This document shows positions 46,731-57,706 of a stretch of DNA of 64,000 bases, piece by piece. Source of the stretch: Patescibacteria group bacterium (GTDB taxonomy: Bacteria; Patescibacteriota; Patescibacteriia; UBA9570); NCBI GenBank assembly GCA_041665365.1, contig JBAYIY010000005.1, positions 5,946 to 69,945 of the forward strand, read 5' to 3'. Below the pieces are notes generated by a model. That model made no database searches. It saw only the letters and a program-made list of their open reading frames with translations, and was not told where the DNA came from. The position numbers were made by a program, and so were the translations under genes. How positions within the stretch are numbered: the first letter of the stretch is position 1; every line of letters starts with the position of its first letter.

Positions 46731-48574
46731 TAGTTTAATTGGTCTAATTGCAAATTACGTGTCACTAAATAATGTAGCTTATGTTTGGCTTCTTGACCAG
46801 CTTGTAATGTAACACGATTTTTCTTGCCTAGTTTAATTCTAAACCCACGCGGTCGCCATCTTTTAGTAAAAGTTTGTGTCTCTAACAGAGACTTGGTTTG
46901 TTGTTTATATAAAAACACTTTTATCTTTCTTTTACTAGGTGTTCTAGTGACAGCGATAAAAAGATATTCATGGCGTGCCGCAAACACCCGCGCTAATATC
47001 TTGCGTTGGGCACGATCATTAAAAGTTAAAGTTTGGACAATGGTATTTGTCGCACAATTAACCACCCAAGCTTGTTGGCCAACTTTTTCAACCACAATGC
47101 GATAGCGTCGATTGCGTGCATACTTACGCAATTTATAATCGGTGGTGGGATAATTAGCTAAAATACCGCCCAAAGTGACAGAATTCTCACAGGTATAAAT
47201 CGGCCAATAACCAATATAAACTTTACCATTGCCGCTATTATACTGACTGGCAGCAACTACAATCTCAGAAGCGCCATCTCCATTAAAATCAACTGCTGCC
47301 ACTTTGGCGGCCGCTAGATCTGCCTCGGCTTCACCAGTAAATGGATAATCATCCGTAACATTATGACTAGTTAACGAAGTACTACCTAACACTAAGAAAG
47401 CCCGCCCGGCTTGGTTGTCTAAATTTGACGGTGCCCCCAACAAAAGATCGTCAATCCCATCATGATTTAAATCCTTTAGCACAGTCACGGCCGTACCTAA
47501 AGCATCATCGGCGAAGGCAGTTGTTAAAATAATACCAGAATTGATTGACTGCGACTCCGGTAAACTGCTCGCTCCAGACATAATATAAACCCGCCCCGCG
47601 TTACTGGCATCAGCATCACTGGCTGGAGCACCAATCACAATGTCATTATAACCGTCACCGGTCACATCACCCACCGCTAAACTATCACCAATCTTTTCGT
47701 TCCGGGTTTGTCCGGCAATATTACTAAAATTATCTAGCGCTTGATTGGTATAATGGGTCGTTTGTCCGGGAACAATATAAACATAACCAGCATCTCGAGT
47801 TGACCCATCATGGCGATGGGCGGTCACAATTATATCACTGACACCATCATTCGTAACATCACCGGCCGCAATGGCTGAACCGGTATAGTCATAACTGTCA
47901 CCTGACAATAAGGTATAATCACCTAAATCTTCAGTGGTTGAGAAACTAGCGGCTTGACCATACACGAGATAGACTCCACCGGATCGACTACTGCGCCAGG
48001 TTGCACCAATGGCAAAATCATCATAACCGTCGCCGTCCATATCGCCAACTCCTTGCACAGCCGCCCCGGCTCCATCTTTAGAATTTTCTCCATAGAAGCG
48101 CGGGAAATTTTTAACCGATTGATTTGTGATATGACTGATTTGTCCATACACAATGTAAATAGTGCCAGGATTAGAATTACTACTGTCATGATAATTTGAC
48201 ACGACAGCAAAATCATCAAACCCATCACCATTGATATCTCCTAACCCACCCAGTTGTTCACCAAGTTTGTCACCGGCAGTTTCGCCTGTTATCGTTGGTT
48301 GATCAGGAAAAACAATTTCATCAATCCGCGCGGCTTGCCCATAGATAATATAAACCGCGCCTTCAGAATTTGTTCCGGCCGATGGTGCTGACACAATCAT
48401 ATCTTGATAACCATCAGCATTGAGATCACCAACGTTAGCCACAGCTGTTCCCGCAAATTGACTGGCCGCTGTATTGGTAATTGAAGCAAAATCAGCCAGA
48501 CTGGTCTCGGCTGCTGCCCGTCCTAAAACCGGTACACTGATACAAACTAAACAAATTAACCAATATCTATACAT
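46730..48574 (-). CDS. FG-GAP repeat protein (secreted)
   Basis: 614 aa with a signal peptide, at least seven FG-GAP units (GDLNADGYQDMIVSAP, GDINGDGFDDFAV, GDMDGDGYDDFAIGA...) and a ~150-aa C-terminal domain of unknown type. Its stop overlaps the ftsW start by 1 nt. Confidence 0.75.
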   Translation of the reverse strand: MYRYWLICLVCISVPVLGRAAAETSLADFASITNTAASQFAGTAVANVGDLNADGYQDMIVSAPSAGTNSEGAVYIIYGQAARIDEIVFPDQPTITGETAGDKLGEQLGGLGDINGDGFDDFAVVSNYHDSSNSNPGTIYIVYGQISHITNQSVKNFPRFYGENSKDGAGAAVQGVGDMDGDGYDDFAIGATWRSSRSGGVYLVYGQAASFSTTEDLGDYTLLSGDSYDYTGSAIAAGDVTNDGVSDIIVTAHRHDGSTRDAGYVYIVPGQTTHYTNQALDNFSNIAGQTRNEKIGDSLAVGDVTGDGYNDIVIGAPASDADASNAGRVYIMSGASSLPESQSINSGIILTTAFADDALGTAVTVLKDLNHDGIDDLLLGAPSNLDNQAGRAFLVLGSTSLTSHNVTDDYPFTGEAEADLAAAKVAAVDFNGDGASEIVVAASQYNSGNGKVYIGYWPIYTCENSVTLGGILANYPTTDYKLRKYARNRRYRIVVEKVGQQAWVVNCATNTIVQTLTFNDRAQRKILARVFAARHEYLFIAVTRTPSKRKIKVFLYKQQTKSLLETQTFTKRWRPRGFRIKLGKKNRVTLQAGQEAKHKLHYLVTRNLQLDQLN

Positions 48575-48581
48575 ACAAATA

Positions 48582-50366
48582 TTATCTTTTTAAAACTGCC
48601 AAAAATGCTTCTTTCGGAATATCTACTTTGCCAATAGATTTCATTTTGGCCTTACCTTTCTTTTGTTTTTCCAGCAATTTTCGTTTCCGGCTAACATCAC
48701 CACCATACAGTTTGGCCGTGACATCCTTGCGCATGGCTGGAATGCGCTCGGATGCTATTATCTTACCACCAATCGTCGCTTGCAGTCGAACCTCAAACAT
48801 TTGGCGCGGTAAAACCTGTTTTAATGATGTTACTATCTTTCGTCCAATACTCTGGGCATCATCACTATAAACAATCGAAGATAAGGCTTCAATGGGTTCA
48901 CCGGCTACTTGAATATCCATCCGTCTAACCTCGCAGGTAGTATAACCCACGACCTCATAATTGAGTGAGGCATAACCAGACGACACATTTTTTAAACGAT
49001 CATAAAAATCAACAATGATACCAGACAGTGGCACCTTATAATGAATCACTACCCGTTCCGGATCGAGATATTCCAAATCACTATTGGATGGTTGCCCCCG
49101 TCGATCTTGCAGTAAAGCCATGATGCCGCCAATATAGGCGGTTGGTGTCACCACATCAACTTGCATGACCGGTTCTTCCACTAATTTCATTTGTGTCGGA
49201 TCAGGTAAATCAAGCGGCGATGAAATAGTAGTAACGGTACCATTGGTCAGAGTCACGCGATACGCCACTGCCGGAACCGTCACAATTAAATCCAAATTAT
49301 ATTCACGGTGTAAGCGCTCTTGCACCACATCAAGATGCAGTAAACCCAAAAACCCACACCGAAAACCATATCCTAAAGCTTTCGAATTTTCCGGTTCAAA
49401 AGTTAAAGCCGCATCATTTAATTTTAATTTACCCAAGGCTTCACGCAATTTAGGAAAATCATCACCCTCTTTGCAAAAAATACTAGCAAACACCATCGGC
49501 TTGGCTTGCCGATAACCCGGTAATGGCACTGCAGCTGGATCTTTCGCTAGCGTAATAGTATCTCCTACTTTACACTCCTCGACAGATTTTAAGCCCGTCA
49601 CCACATAGCCAATTTCACCGGCGCCTAAACTGGGTTGAGCTAAATATTTTGGTTTAAAATACCCCACCTCAATGGCTTCAGAGGTGACTTTGTTAATCAT
49701 AAATAACAATTTACTATGTCTATCAATACTGCCTTGCATTAACCGAACATAAGCAATTACTCCACGATAATCATCAAAGGTGGAATCAAAAATTAAGGCT
49801 TGAGTGGTTTCGCCTACCACTGTCGGCGATGCAACTTTATTAATAACCGCATCTAAAATTGATAAAACATTCTCACCGGTTTTGGCTGACACACAAATAA
49901 TTTCATCATCGGTACAGCCGAGCAAGTGTTTTATTTCTTGCCGCACTTTCGGTACATCGGCAGCTGGTAAATCAATTTTATTAATGACCGGTATGATTTG
50001 CAAATCTTGCTCAATAGCTAAATACAAATTAGCTAAAGTTTGTGCCTCGATCCCTTGGCTCGCATCGACCACTAACAAGGCTCCCTCACAACAGGCTAAT
50101 GAACGCGATACTTCATAAGTAAAATCAACGTGGCCAGGTGTATCAATTAAATTTAGTATGTAACCGTGATATTCCATGCGTACCGGCTGCAGTTTTATGG
50201 TGATACCTCGTTCCCGCTCAATATCCATGGAATCCAACAATTGATCTTTCATCTCCCGTTTGGAGACAGTGCCAGTTAATTCTAACAGCCGATCAGCTAA
50301 GGTTGATTTACCATGATCAATATGAGCAATAATGCAAAAATTGCGGATTTTATCGAGTGGTGTCAT
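48582..50366 (-). CDS. lepA: elongation factor 4 (LepA)
   Basis: G1 motif AHIDHGKST, DTPGH, NKID, and the LepA-specific C-terminal domain. Start placed at MTPLDKIRNF rather than the track's 50402. Confidence 0.9.
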   Translation of the reverse strand: MTPLDKIRNFCIIAHIDHGKSTLADRLLELTGTVSKREMKDQLLDSMDIERERGITIKLQPVRMEYHGYILNLIDTPGHVDFTYEVSRSLACCEGALLVVDASQGIEAQTLANLYLAIEQDLQIIPVINKIDLPAADVPKVRQEIKHLLGCTDDEIICVSAKTGENVLSILDAVINKVASPTVVGETTQALIFDSTFDDYRGVIAYVRLMQGSIDRHSKLLFMINKVTSEAIEVGYFKPKYLAQPSLGAGEIGYVVTGLKSVEECKVGDTITLAKDPAAVPLPGYRQAKPMVFASIFCKEGDDFPKLREALGKLKLNDAALTFEPENSKALGYGFRCGFLGLLHLDVVQERLHREYNLDLIVTVPAVAYRVTLTNGTVTTISSPLDLPDPTQMKLVEEPVMQVDVVTPTAYIGGIMALLQDRRGQPSNSDLEYLDPERVVIHYKVPLSGIIVDFYDRLKNVSSGYASLNYEVVGYTTCEVRRMDIQVAGEPIEALSSIVYSDDAQSIGRKIVTSLKQVLPRQMFEVRLQATIGGKIIASERIPAMRKDVTAKLYGGDVSRKRKLLEKQKKGKAKMKSIGKVDIPKEAFLAVLKR

Positions 50367-51924
50367 GCAGCCCGAGTATATCAGCTTCCCGCGCAAAGGC
50401 AATGTTAGCGAATTGCCACGGTTTATCCATTATGCCCAGCTGAACAAAATGATCAGTGTGTGGTACAGGGATGGGCTGAGTGATAATAGATTGAGGGATA
50501 TCTTCAGACGGAAAAGCATCTGTCACTATAATGACATAACGAATGTTATTGGCCACGGTTAATTTTGAATGATCTGAACTACTCATGACATAATTGAAAG
50601 ATTTCAGAGCATAATCCCGACCCGGTGACACTTCCACTACTTGATAATCGGGTAAGATGTAGGATATTTCACGAAAAGCATCTTTATTGCGTAGTAATAA
50701 ACCATTGGCTGGAGAGGGGTATTGTAAATTGCGCGTTGTTACAACCAAAGTTTGATCGGCCGGATAGTGTTGCGCCAGTTTTTGTACTTCCAACAAATAA
50801 GTTGATTGATTTTGCAAGGCCAGGTAGTTCCACTTAAACAGCTCTGGTGCGTAACGCGCCAGTTTTTGTAAATAGACCTGAGCCCGCGTGTGTGGAAAAA
50901 AATTAGTCTGAGCATACACTGGGCTGAGCAGTAAAAAAATACTCAGATTTAAAACAATTATCACACCGGCTAAACTTAAGCGGCGCTGCACTAACGGTAC
51001 TAATAGTAAGTAGGCTGGTGGTAATAACACTAAGGCGTAACCGACTTGTCCAAAATGAATCAAGCCATAAATGAGCCAAGCCGGACACACCCACGCTAAG
51101 CCAAATAAAATCCATGAGCGCTGGCCACGAATGATCTTGTAAACCGCCCAACCTAAACCAACCAAAACAAGATTCAAACTCAACAATAAAGTACTGCCAA
51201 CAAACTTAATTTGATTCCAGGTCCAGGCGGTATCGGCCGCGGCGCTACCGTACAACTTCCGTGATAATTCTAGATAATTATTCAAGCCACCCGTTAACCA
51301 AACGACGGGGATAAACCATAGTAGTGTCAGTCCAATAATTATACCACTGGTTATTAGCAATAATTTCCAGTTCCGGCGGTGAAAAGACGCCTGATAGATA
51401 AATAATGGTAATAATAACAACAACAGTGAGGGTCGAAAGGCTCCGGCTAATCCTAGTGTTAATGCTCCAAAAATTAAATACTGTCTGTCACGTTTAGTCA
51501 TGGTGAGAAAAACCAAATACCCTAAAGTGATACTCGCCGCCGCATCGACCGTATACGTTAGAGCCACCTCACGATTCAACCAAAATAACGGATTAACCAT
51601 CCAGGCTAAACTGATTAATCCGGCAGTCAGGTTTTTCTTCGATAATTGATAACACAATAAATACAGCATAATAACAGACACCCAACCAAATAGAGCCGCC
51701 ACTAAAGTTAGGGCTATATTATCTGGTAGTACCACACCAAACAATTTTCCTAAGACAATAAATAACGGATAACCTGGCGGATGTGGTTGATGCAGATTAA
51801 CATCATAATGATGTAAAGCGATATTAAATTGCGCCGCATCCCAATTAAACGGCACCGTCGAAAACCATGGTAAAGTTATTGCCCAATAAATGATTGATAA
51901 TCCCACTAACCAGCGTCGCATCAT
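50350..51924 (-). CDS. polytopic membrane protein, possible GT-C-type (ArnT/PMT-like) glycosyltransferase
   Basis: 524 aa with ~12 TM helices and a C-terminal soluble domain. Family assignment is tentative. Confidence 0.45.
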   Translation of the reverse strand: MMRRWLVGLSIIYWAITLPWFSTVPFNWDAAQFNIALHHYDVNLHQPHPPGYPLFIVLGKLFGVVLPDNIALTLVAALFGWVSVIMLYLLCYQLSKKNLTAGLISLAWMVNPLFWLNREVALTYTVDAAASITLGYLVFLTMTKRDRQYLIFGALTLGLAGAFRPSLLLLLLPLFIYQASFHRRNWKLLLITSGIIIGLTLLWFIPVVWLTGGLNNYLELSRKLYGSAAADTAWTWNQIKFVGSTLLLSLNLVLVGLGWAVYKIIRGQRSWILFGLAWVCPAWLIYGLIHFGQVGYALVLLPPAYLLLVPLVQRRLSLAGVIIVLNLSIFLLLSPVYAQTNFFPHTRAQVYLQKLARYAPELFKWNYLALQNQSTYLLEVQKLAQHYPADQTLVVTTRNLQYPSPANGLLLRNKDAFREISYILPDYQVVEVSPGRDYALKSFNYVMSSSDHSKLTVANNIRYVIIVTDAFPSEDIPQSIITQPIPVPHTDHFVQLGIMDKPWQFANIAFAREADILGLHDTTR

Positions 51925-53504
51925 AACAACCGTTTTAATTTAATTAAAGATTGTTTGACAATATTCAATTCAGGAAATTGAAAGATGTAGGCTAAACCCA
52001 TATATATTATAGCGCCTCCAACCATACTGACCAAGGTTTGTATTAATATACCAACATATGTCTGCATATCTACCAGTGGGGCAACTAAATATTTCAAACC
52101 ATGAATCACAAAACCAGTGCTGATAGTTGCCAAACTGATTCGTAAGACCGCTTGAATAATAGCGTTATCTTCCAGATCACCGAATTTTAAACGCAAAGCT
52201 CCTAATAATAACAGCATATTCAACACACTACTAATAGAAAAGGCTAGGGCTAAACCGTATAACCCGTACCACTGACTTAAACTATTGGCCAATAATAAAT
52301 TCGTCAGCACACTAATAATACTGATAACTACGGTGGTTTTTGTATCTTGATGAGCAAAAAAAGAGCGCGCCAAGAGTGGAATTGAGGCTTGCGCGAATAA
52401 GGCGATCGAAAATATTCCGAGCACTTGCGCCGTAGCAATGGTCGCTGTCCAATCAAACGCTCCACTCCCTAAGCCTAAAATCAACCGAACAATTTGTGCG
52501 CGTAACAGCAAAATAACTACACTAATGGGAATTATTAAAAATAGTAATCTGCGAAAATTGTTGGAAAAAACTTGTTTGAATTTTGGCAAATCTTGTTCCG
52601 CAAACGCTTGGGAAAAAATTGGAAACGCTGAAATGGCTAGAGATACGCCAAACATATTGATCGGTACATTCTGTAAATTGTCCGCCCACTTCCAGATGGT
52701 TAAATTTCCAACCGATAAACGCAGGGCATAAGCTGTAATGATAATGGCATTAACTTGAGTAATACCCAAAGCCAAGGCGCGCGGTGGCATTAAGCGTAAT
52801 AATTTTTTTACTCCCGGAGTGCGCCAGGACGCCCACGGTTGATAATGAAAACCAGTGCTAAACACCGCCACACCTTGAATTGTCAGATGCAGTAAAGCTC
52901 CAAGAATTACACCATAGGCTAGCCCAACGACACCAAATTTTGGATACAGCCAGATAATCCCAATAATAATGCCAACATTATATAAAATTGGAGCCAGAGC
53001 AAAAGCGATAAATTGCCGTTTGGCTTGGAGAATTCCAGAAAACACGTTACTGATGCCAAAACAAATCACGCTCAATAACATAATCCGCATGAGTTGGGCT
53101 GTACCAACTTGCTGTTCCAATGGCCGATTAGCCATTAACCAATGCGCGATCGGATTAGATAACACCAGACCGATAACAGTACAAACAATTAAACCAAGTG
53201 TGATGATATTCAACACACTACTGGCTAATCGATTAGCTTCGGCGGTACTGCCTTGCGTCCGTCTTTCAATATAAATTGGTATAAAACTAGCCGATAATGC
53301 CCCTAATACTACTATATTAAAAATAAAATCTGGTACTTGAAAAGCGGCATTGTACATATCTAGTACCGCTCCGGCACCAAGGATTTGCGCAAATAAATTT
53401 TCGCGTACTAAACCGATTAGACGAGACAATAGTGAAGCCAGGGCCATGATAGCGGCACCACCGACTACTGTTTGTGCCAAAGCTCTAAGCCGTTTCCACC
53501 ACAT
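51921..53504 (-). CDS. murJ: lipid II flippase MurJ
   Basis: 527 aa with 14 TM helices and a MurJ/MviN-like N-terminus (SRLIGLVRENLFAQILGAG). Confidence 0.75.
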   Translation of the reverse strand: MWWKRLRALAQTVVGGAAIMALASLLSRLIGLVRENLFAQILGAGAVLDMYNAAFQVPDFIFNIVVLGALSASFIPIYIERRTQGSTAEANRLASSVLNIITLGLIVCTVIGLVLSNPIAHWLMANRPLEQQVGTAQLMRIMLLSVICFGISNVFSGILQAKRQFIAFALAPILYNVGIIIGIIWLYPKFGVVGLAYGVILGALLHLTIQGVAVFSTGFHYQPWASWRTPGVKKLLRLMPPRALALGITQVNAIIITAYALRLSVGNLTIWKWADNLQNVPINMFGVSLAISAFPIFSQAFAEQDLPKFKQVFSNNFRRLLFLIIPISVVILLLRAQIVRLILGLGSGAFDWTATIATAQVLGIFSIALFAQASIPLLARSFFAHQDTKTTVVISIISVLTNLLLANSLSQWYGLYGLALAFSISSVLNMLLLLGALRLKFGDLEDNAIIQAVLRISLATISTGFVIHGLKYLVAPLVDMQTYVGILIQTLVSMVGGAIIYMGLAYIFQFPELNIVKQSLIKLKRLL

Positions 53505-53506
53505 GG

Positions 53507-55615
53507 TTATTCAAAGACAGCGCCCACAAAGCGATCACTAGTTAACGCTTCATCCAACTTTAAGGTGGTGGCCGGATAGCTCCAGGCCAAAGTCCAATTG
53601 GCAGGATAATCCAAGCTGGTGTGCACCATCGGATCAAACGATCCAGGTTGTTTTTGTAATAACAAACTGTAGCGTCCGGGTGCCCATTGGCTACGCGTTA
53701 CTGTGAAGGGTAAACGATAACTGATCGTGACGATACTAGTGCTACCCGGTTCGGTTTGAATCCAATTACCAAATACAGTTTTACCAAACTCCTGATTAAT
53801 TCTGGTTTGTGTCTTGCTATCTACCAAAATAGTTCCACTCACGGCTTGTAAATCTGCATCTTGTTCATAACCAGACTCAACCGGCAAAACAATATTTGGA
53901 TCTGGTTGAGTAAAGCCTTCGGCACTTAATAACTCACTCCCTTGTGGTACATAAATTCTCACATAATCAACGTTTTTTACATTAGCGAAAAGATCATCTG
54001 GCTGCCCGGTATGCTCACGCGTTAACGTAACGGTATCAATCACATTTCCGGCCGCATCAATACTGGCATGATGCTGAATGGAAGTTTGTACAACCTTATC
54101 TGTCTTCCCACCACCGATATTGGTATCAACCACTTCCAAATAATCACCGGGAGTGGATTTTACCTCCCCTGTCCAACCGCGGGCTTGAAATTCTTGCTCA
54201 ATGAATTGATCGTTAAAATACACGAGAATATCTTTTTGTTGCAAACCATTATAGACTACTTGTAACATCGGTAAAACCGTGGTGGCATCAACTGTAAATA
54301 ATTTATCCAGTAAGCGCGGAGTTAAGTCAGCGATGAATTTTTTGGATTCACGCGTGTCATCATATTTCCGTTCCGCCTGGGTTTGGGTGATTAAATAAAA
54401 ATTATCACTATCCACCACAGCATCATACTCGGGCATAGCAATGGGACCGGTAATAGTTAACATTTGTTCAATAATATCTGGCGTTAACGTAATTACACCA
54501 TCAACCGATGGCCCACCACTATGCTCATAAAACCATTGGATTTTTTCAGCTGACGTGGGAAAATCTGGCCACCAGTTAGCATCCTGTAATTGCCATTTTG
54601 CATTCACTAAATGCAACGGCTGTGGAGAGATGACTTGCTCGGTTAGACCACCCATTAAATCATACGGGCCCCCGCCAGGAATTTCTAAACTACTGACTCG
54701 ACCGTGATCAATATCGATTAAAGCAAAACTGCCGATAAAGCCGCCGGTGGCACGAAGTTCGCGATTATTTTGAAACAAAACTAAATACCGTTTTGGTTTA
54801 TCATGTCCCATTAACGTCACTAATGATTCAGTTAGTGCTACCATTTCTTCCAAATTTTTTGTGATAACGGGTAATTCGGTTTGTGCCAAGCGAATTTTAT
54901 CATGATATTCAGCTGGTACAGTGACCAAATTTACTTCGGATAAAGCTAAATTAGCTCGTTGTAAACGCGGTACGATCGGACGAATTAATGAGTGCGCCGC
55001 CACGAATAAATCGACCGGCTGACTATCTGAAGTAGTTTGAGATAATTGTTCAATCAGATTAAATGCCTTCACCATATCGGTGCCAGCTCCGGCAATCTGT
55101 TCACCGGCAATTAACAAATTATCGGTTGAGCCATATACCGGCGACAAAGTGGCATTCAAAGTATGCAATTTATCTTGCGCCTCCTGAAAGCTGATCTCAG
55201 CTTTATCAAATTTACCGGCTTGCATATCATCGACCGCGGCACCACTTAATAAACGGATATCATCAATGGTGGGGTTGGCCTGCCGGAGCATGGCAATGGT
55301 AGCCGCCGGCAATAAAGCTAACCCAGCGACAACAGCAAAAGCCAAAGCCGGCTTCCAGGCAAAGCTTAGATGCCAAGTTGTATGCCTCTGACGTACGACT
55401 GGTGGAGTAACTAATTTGGCTGGTTCGGGAATCGGTTGTACATTTAATACGGCTTTTTTTTCAACTTTAATGACCGGTTTGATCTCAGGTGCCAGTGGCA
55501 CTAGGGCTCTTAAATCAATAATATTATTTTTCGGTACACCTAACTGACCGGCTCGATCAACATGACCAAGACCGTCAGGTGTTAAGTTGGATGTTTTTGG
55601 TATAAACTTTTTCAT
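53507..55615 (-). CDS. hypothetical membrane-anchored extracytoplasmic protein (702 aa)
   Basis: One TM helix around residue 100 (ALAFAVVAGLALLPAATIAML) and a large extracytoplasmic domain. Sits between polysaccharide glycosyltransferases and murJ. Confidence 0.6.
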   Translation of the reverse strand: MKKFIPKTSNLTPDGLGHVDRAGQLGVPKNNIIDLRALVPLAPEIKPVIKVEKKAVLNVQPIPEPAKLVTPPVVRQRHTTWHLSFAWKPALAFAVVAGLALLPAATIAMLRQANPTIDDIRLLSGAAVDDMQAGKFDKAEISFQEAQDKLHTLNATLSPVYGSTDNLLIAGEQIAGAGTDMVKAFNLIEQLSQTTSDSQPVDLFVAAHSLIRPIVPRLQRANLALSEVNLVTVPAEYHDKIRLAQTELPVITKNLEEMVALTESLVTLMGHDKPKRYLVLFQNNRELRATGGFIGSFALIDIDHGRVSSLEIPGGGPYDLMGGLTEQVISPQPLHLVNAKWQLQDANWWPDFPTSAEKIQWFYEHSGGPSVDGVITLTPDIIEQMLTITGPIAMPEYDAVVDSDNFYLITQTQAERKYDDTRESKKFIADLTPRLLDKLFTVDATTVLPMLQVVYNGLQQKDILVYFNDQFIEQEFQARGWTGEVKSTPGDYLEVVDTNIGGGKTDKVVQTSIQHHASIDAAGNVIDTVTLTREHTGQPDDLFANVKNVDYVRIYVPQGSELLSAEGFTQPDPNIVLPVESGYEQDADLQAVSGTILVDSKTQTRINQEFGKTVFGNWIQTEPGSTSIVTISYRLPFTVTRSQWAPGRYSLLLQKQPGSFDPMVHTSLDYPANWTLAWSYPATTLKLDEALTSDRFVGAVFE

Positions 55616-56711
55616 AGAGAGCCAAGGTCTGCTTGGCCATTATTTGCCAATCATAACGCCTAACTTGGCGATAACCGCGGGCAATATAATCCGCCCGTAC
55701 GGCCTCGTCTTGGGTTAAGATTTGGATACCTCGTAGTATACCAGAAATATCATCAGGTTCAAAGTAAACTGCGGCGTCACCCAACACCTCGGGCAAACAA
55801 GAGCTTCTGGCTGATACCACCGGCGTACCATATTGCATAGCCTCTAGTGGTGGTAAACCAAAGCCTTCATAGCGCGATGGAAAAACATACACCGCCGCCG
55901 CTCGATACAAACTAGGTAAATGCGCATCCGGTACAAACCCAACAAAGTGCATCACGTCATCTACATCCTTTGCCCAAGCTAATTGTTTTAAGCGATCATA
56001 AAAATAGTCACCTTTCCCAACTAAAACGCAATGCAGCTTACTCCCCTGTTTCTTTAACTGTTGCATCACACTAACTAGTTGTTCTAAGTTTTTATGCGGA
56101 TAGGCGTTACCCACATATAAAAGATACGGCCAGTTAATATTATAACGTTTTAGAGCAATCGCTTTAGCCTCAAGTTTATCGACTGCTTCATACAAAACGG
56201 TAATTTTGTTTTTTGGTAATGAAAAATAATCGATTAAATCTCGTTTTGAGTATTCCGACACCGTGATAATATGTTGCGCGGCCCGCGCCGCATGACTAAT
56301 TACACTGTGGTAACCCAATTGTTTTATTTTATACATTAATGGCCCTAAGGTAGTGGCTCGTTCGGTGGGAAAACGACTAATGATTAAATCATGAATCGTC
56401 ACAATAAATGGCCGATTATATAATAATGGCACATTGAAATGTGGAAAATGAACCAAATCAAGTTTATAACGACGCAATTTAAGTGGTAATAATATTTGCT
56501 CAGCCAGTGAATACCACCGATAGGGTGCGGCAATAACCGTGACGTTCTTTTGCGGATAAGGCCAAGCTTCCACTAATTCTTCCGGAACAAAAATAAAATA
56601 CTGATTAGTGTGATCAAGTGGGAGTAAATATTTTAAGAGCTTTTCCGTATAGCGTCCTAAACCTTTGGATTGTTCGCCGCCAAAAAAACGGGCATCGATA
56701 CCAATACGCAT
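55575..56711 (-). CDS. glycosyltransferase family 4
   Basis: GT-B fold with the GT4 motif EGFGLPPLEAMQYGTPVV. Start set to MRIGIDARF (56711) by comparison with the adjacent paralog rather than the track's 56771. Confidence 0.75.
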   Translation of the reverse strand: MRIGIDARFFGGEQSKGLGRYTEKLLKYLLPLDHTNQYFIFVPEELVEAWPYPQKNVTVIAAPYRWYSLAEQILLPLKLRRYKLDLVHFPHFNVPLLYNRPFIVTIHDLIISRFPTERATTLGPLMYKIKQLGYHSVISHAARAAQHIITVSEYSKRDLIDYFSLPKNKITVLYEAVDKLEAKAIALKRYNINWPYLLYVGNAYPHKNLEQLVSVMQQLKKQGSKLHCVLVGKGDYFYDRLKQLAWAKDVDDVMHFVGFVPDAHLPSLYRAAAVYVFPSRYEGFGLPPLEAMQYGTPVVSARSSCLPEVLGDAAVYFEPDDISGILRGIQILTQDEAVRADYIARGYRQVRRYDWQIMAKQTLALYEKVYTKNIQLNT

Positions 56712-56716
56712 ATCAA

Positions 56717-57706
56717 TTAGTATACCGCCTGGCGTAGAACTCGCAATGTGTCCCGCGCGGTTTGTTCCCAAGAAAATTTTTTAAGTTGTTCTTTACCAGC
56801 TTCAATTAACCTCGTCCTCAACCTCTCATCCTGCAGTACTGTAGTAACGGCCAGCTGGATATCATGATTCGAATAGGGGTTAACATAGAGAGCGGCTTGT
56901 CCACAGATTTCAGGAATGGCACCGGCAAAACTGGCAATCACCGGCACACCCGCTTGCCAAGCTTCCAGTGGCGGAAAACCAAACCCTTCATATAAACTTG
57001 GGTACACTAGTGCTTGAGCATGTTCTAAAACATACCACTTCTGCGCTTCGGTTAAATATCCCAGGGGTGAGCCATCGCCAATTATAACTACATTGATATT
57101 GGGTAGAACCGGAATATTTTTTCTAGCATCACGCCCACCAAACATCACCACATAATTATCAGGCAAGTTTGGTACCAGTGCACTAGCCACGCGTTGCGGT
57201 GGACCAGATAAAATAGTCGTAACATGATTAGTTTTAACATCTTGCTGCGTAGATTGTGAGACAGTAATAATATGTTTGGCTTGTTTCATCAACCGCGTTG
57301 GTTGAATTAACCGGTGCCAGAGACGTTGTTTACGGGAGAGTAAATGTGGATAAAGATAAAGCGCACAATCATGCACGGTTAAAACATACGGGATTTTTCT
57401 ACTGTGTGGAAAAAAATTCCAATTGGGTAAAAATAGCACATCTACTCCACCTAAGATACGATCTATCTTAGGTGCCAAGCCAAATAAACTCAGCCCATGA
57501 AAGAGCTTATTTGGCCAAGGTAAATGGTGCCATTCAACTTCAGATGGAAATTCCAATTTTGGTTTTGACCAACCAGAGGTAAATAACACCAGCGTATCGG
57601 TACGATCAGGCAAAGCCAACAAAGCTCGAATGAGTTGCTGTGTATAAAAACTAACCCCCGATGGATGCGGCTCTAACAACGAGCGAGCATCAATCCCAAT
57701 GCGCAT
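56717..57706 (-). CDS. glycosyltransferase family 4
   Basis: MRIGIDARS N-terminus and the EGFGFPPLEAWQAGVPVI motif. Confidence 0.75.
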   Translation of the reverse strand: MRIGIDARSLLEPHPSGVSFYTQQLIRALLALPDRTDTLVLFTSGWSKPKLEFPSEVEWHHLPWPNKLFHGLSLFGLAPKIDRILGGVDVLFLPNWNFFPHSRKIPYVLTVHDCALYLYPHLLSRKQRLWHRLIQPTRLMKQAKHIITVSQSTQQDVKTNHVTTILSGPPQRVASALVPNLPDNYVVMFGGRDARKNIPVLPNINVVIIGDGSPLGYLTEAQKWYVLEHAQALVYPSLYEGFGFPPLEAWQAGVPVIASFAGAIPEICGQAALYVNPYSNHDIQLAVTTVLQDERLRTRLIEAGKEQLKKFSWEQTARDTLRVLRQAVY

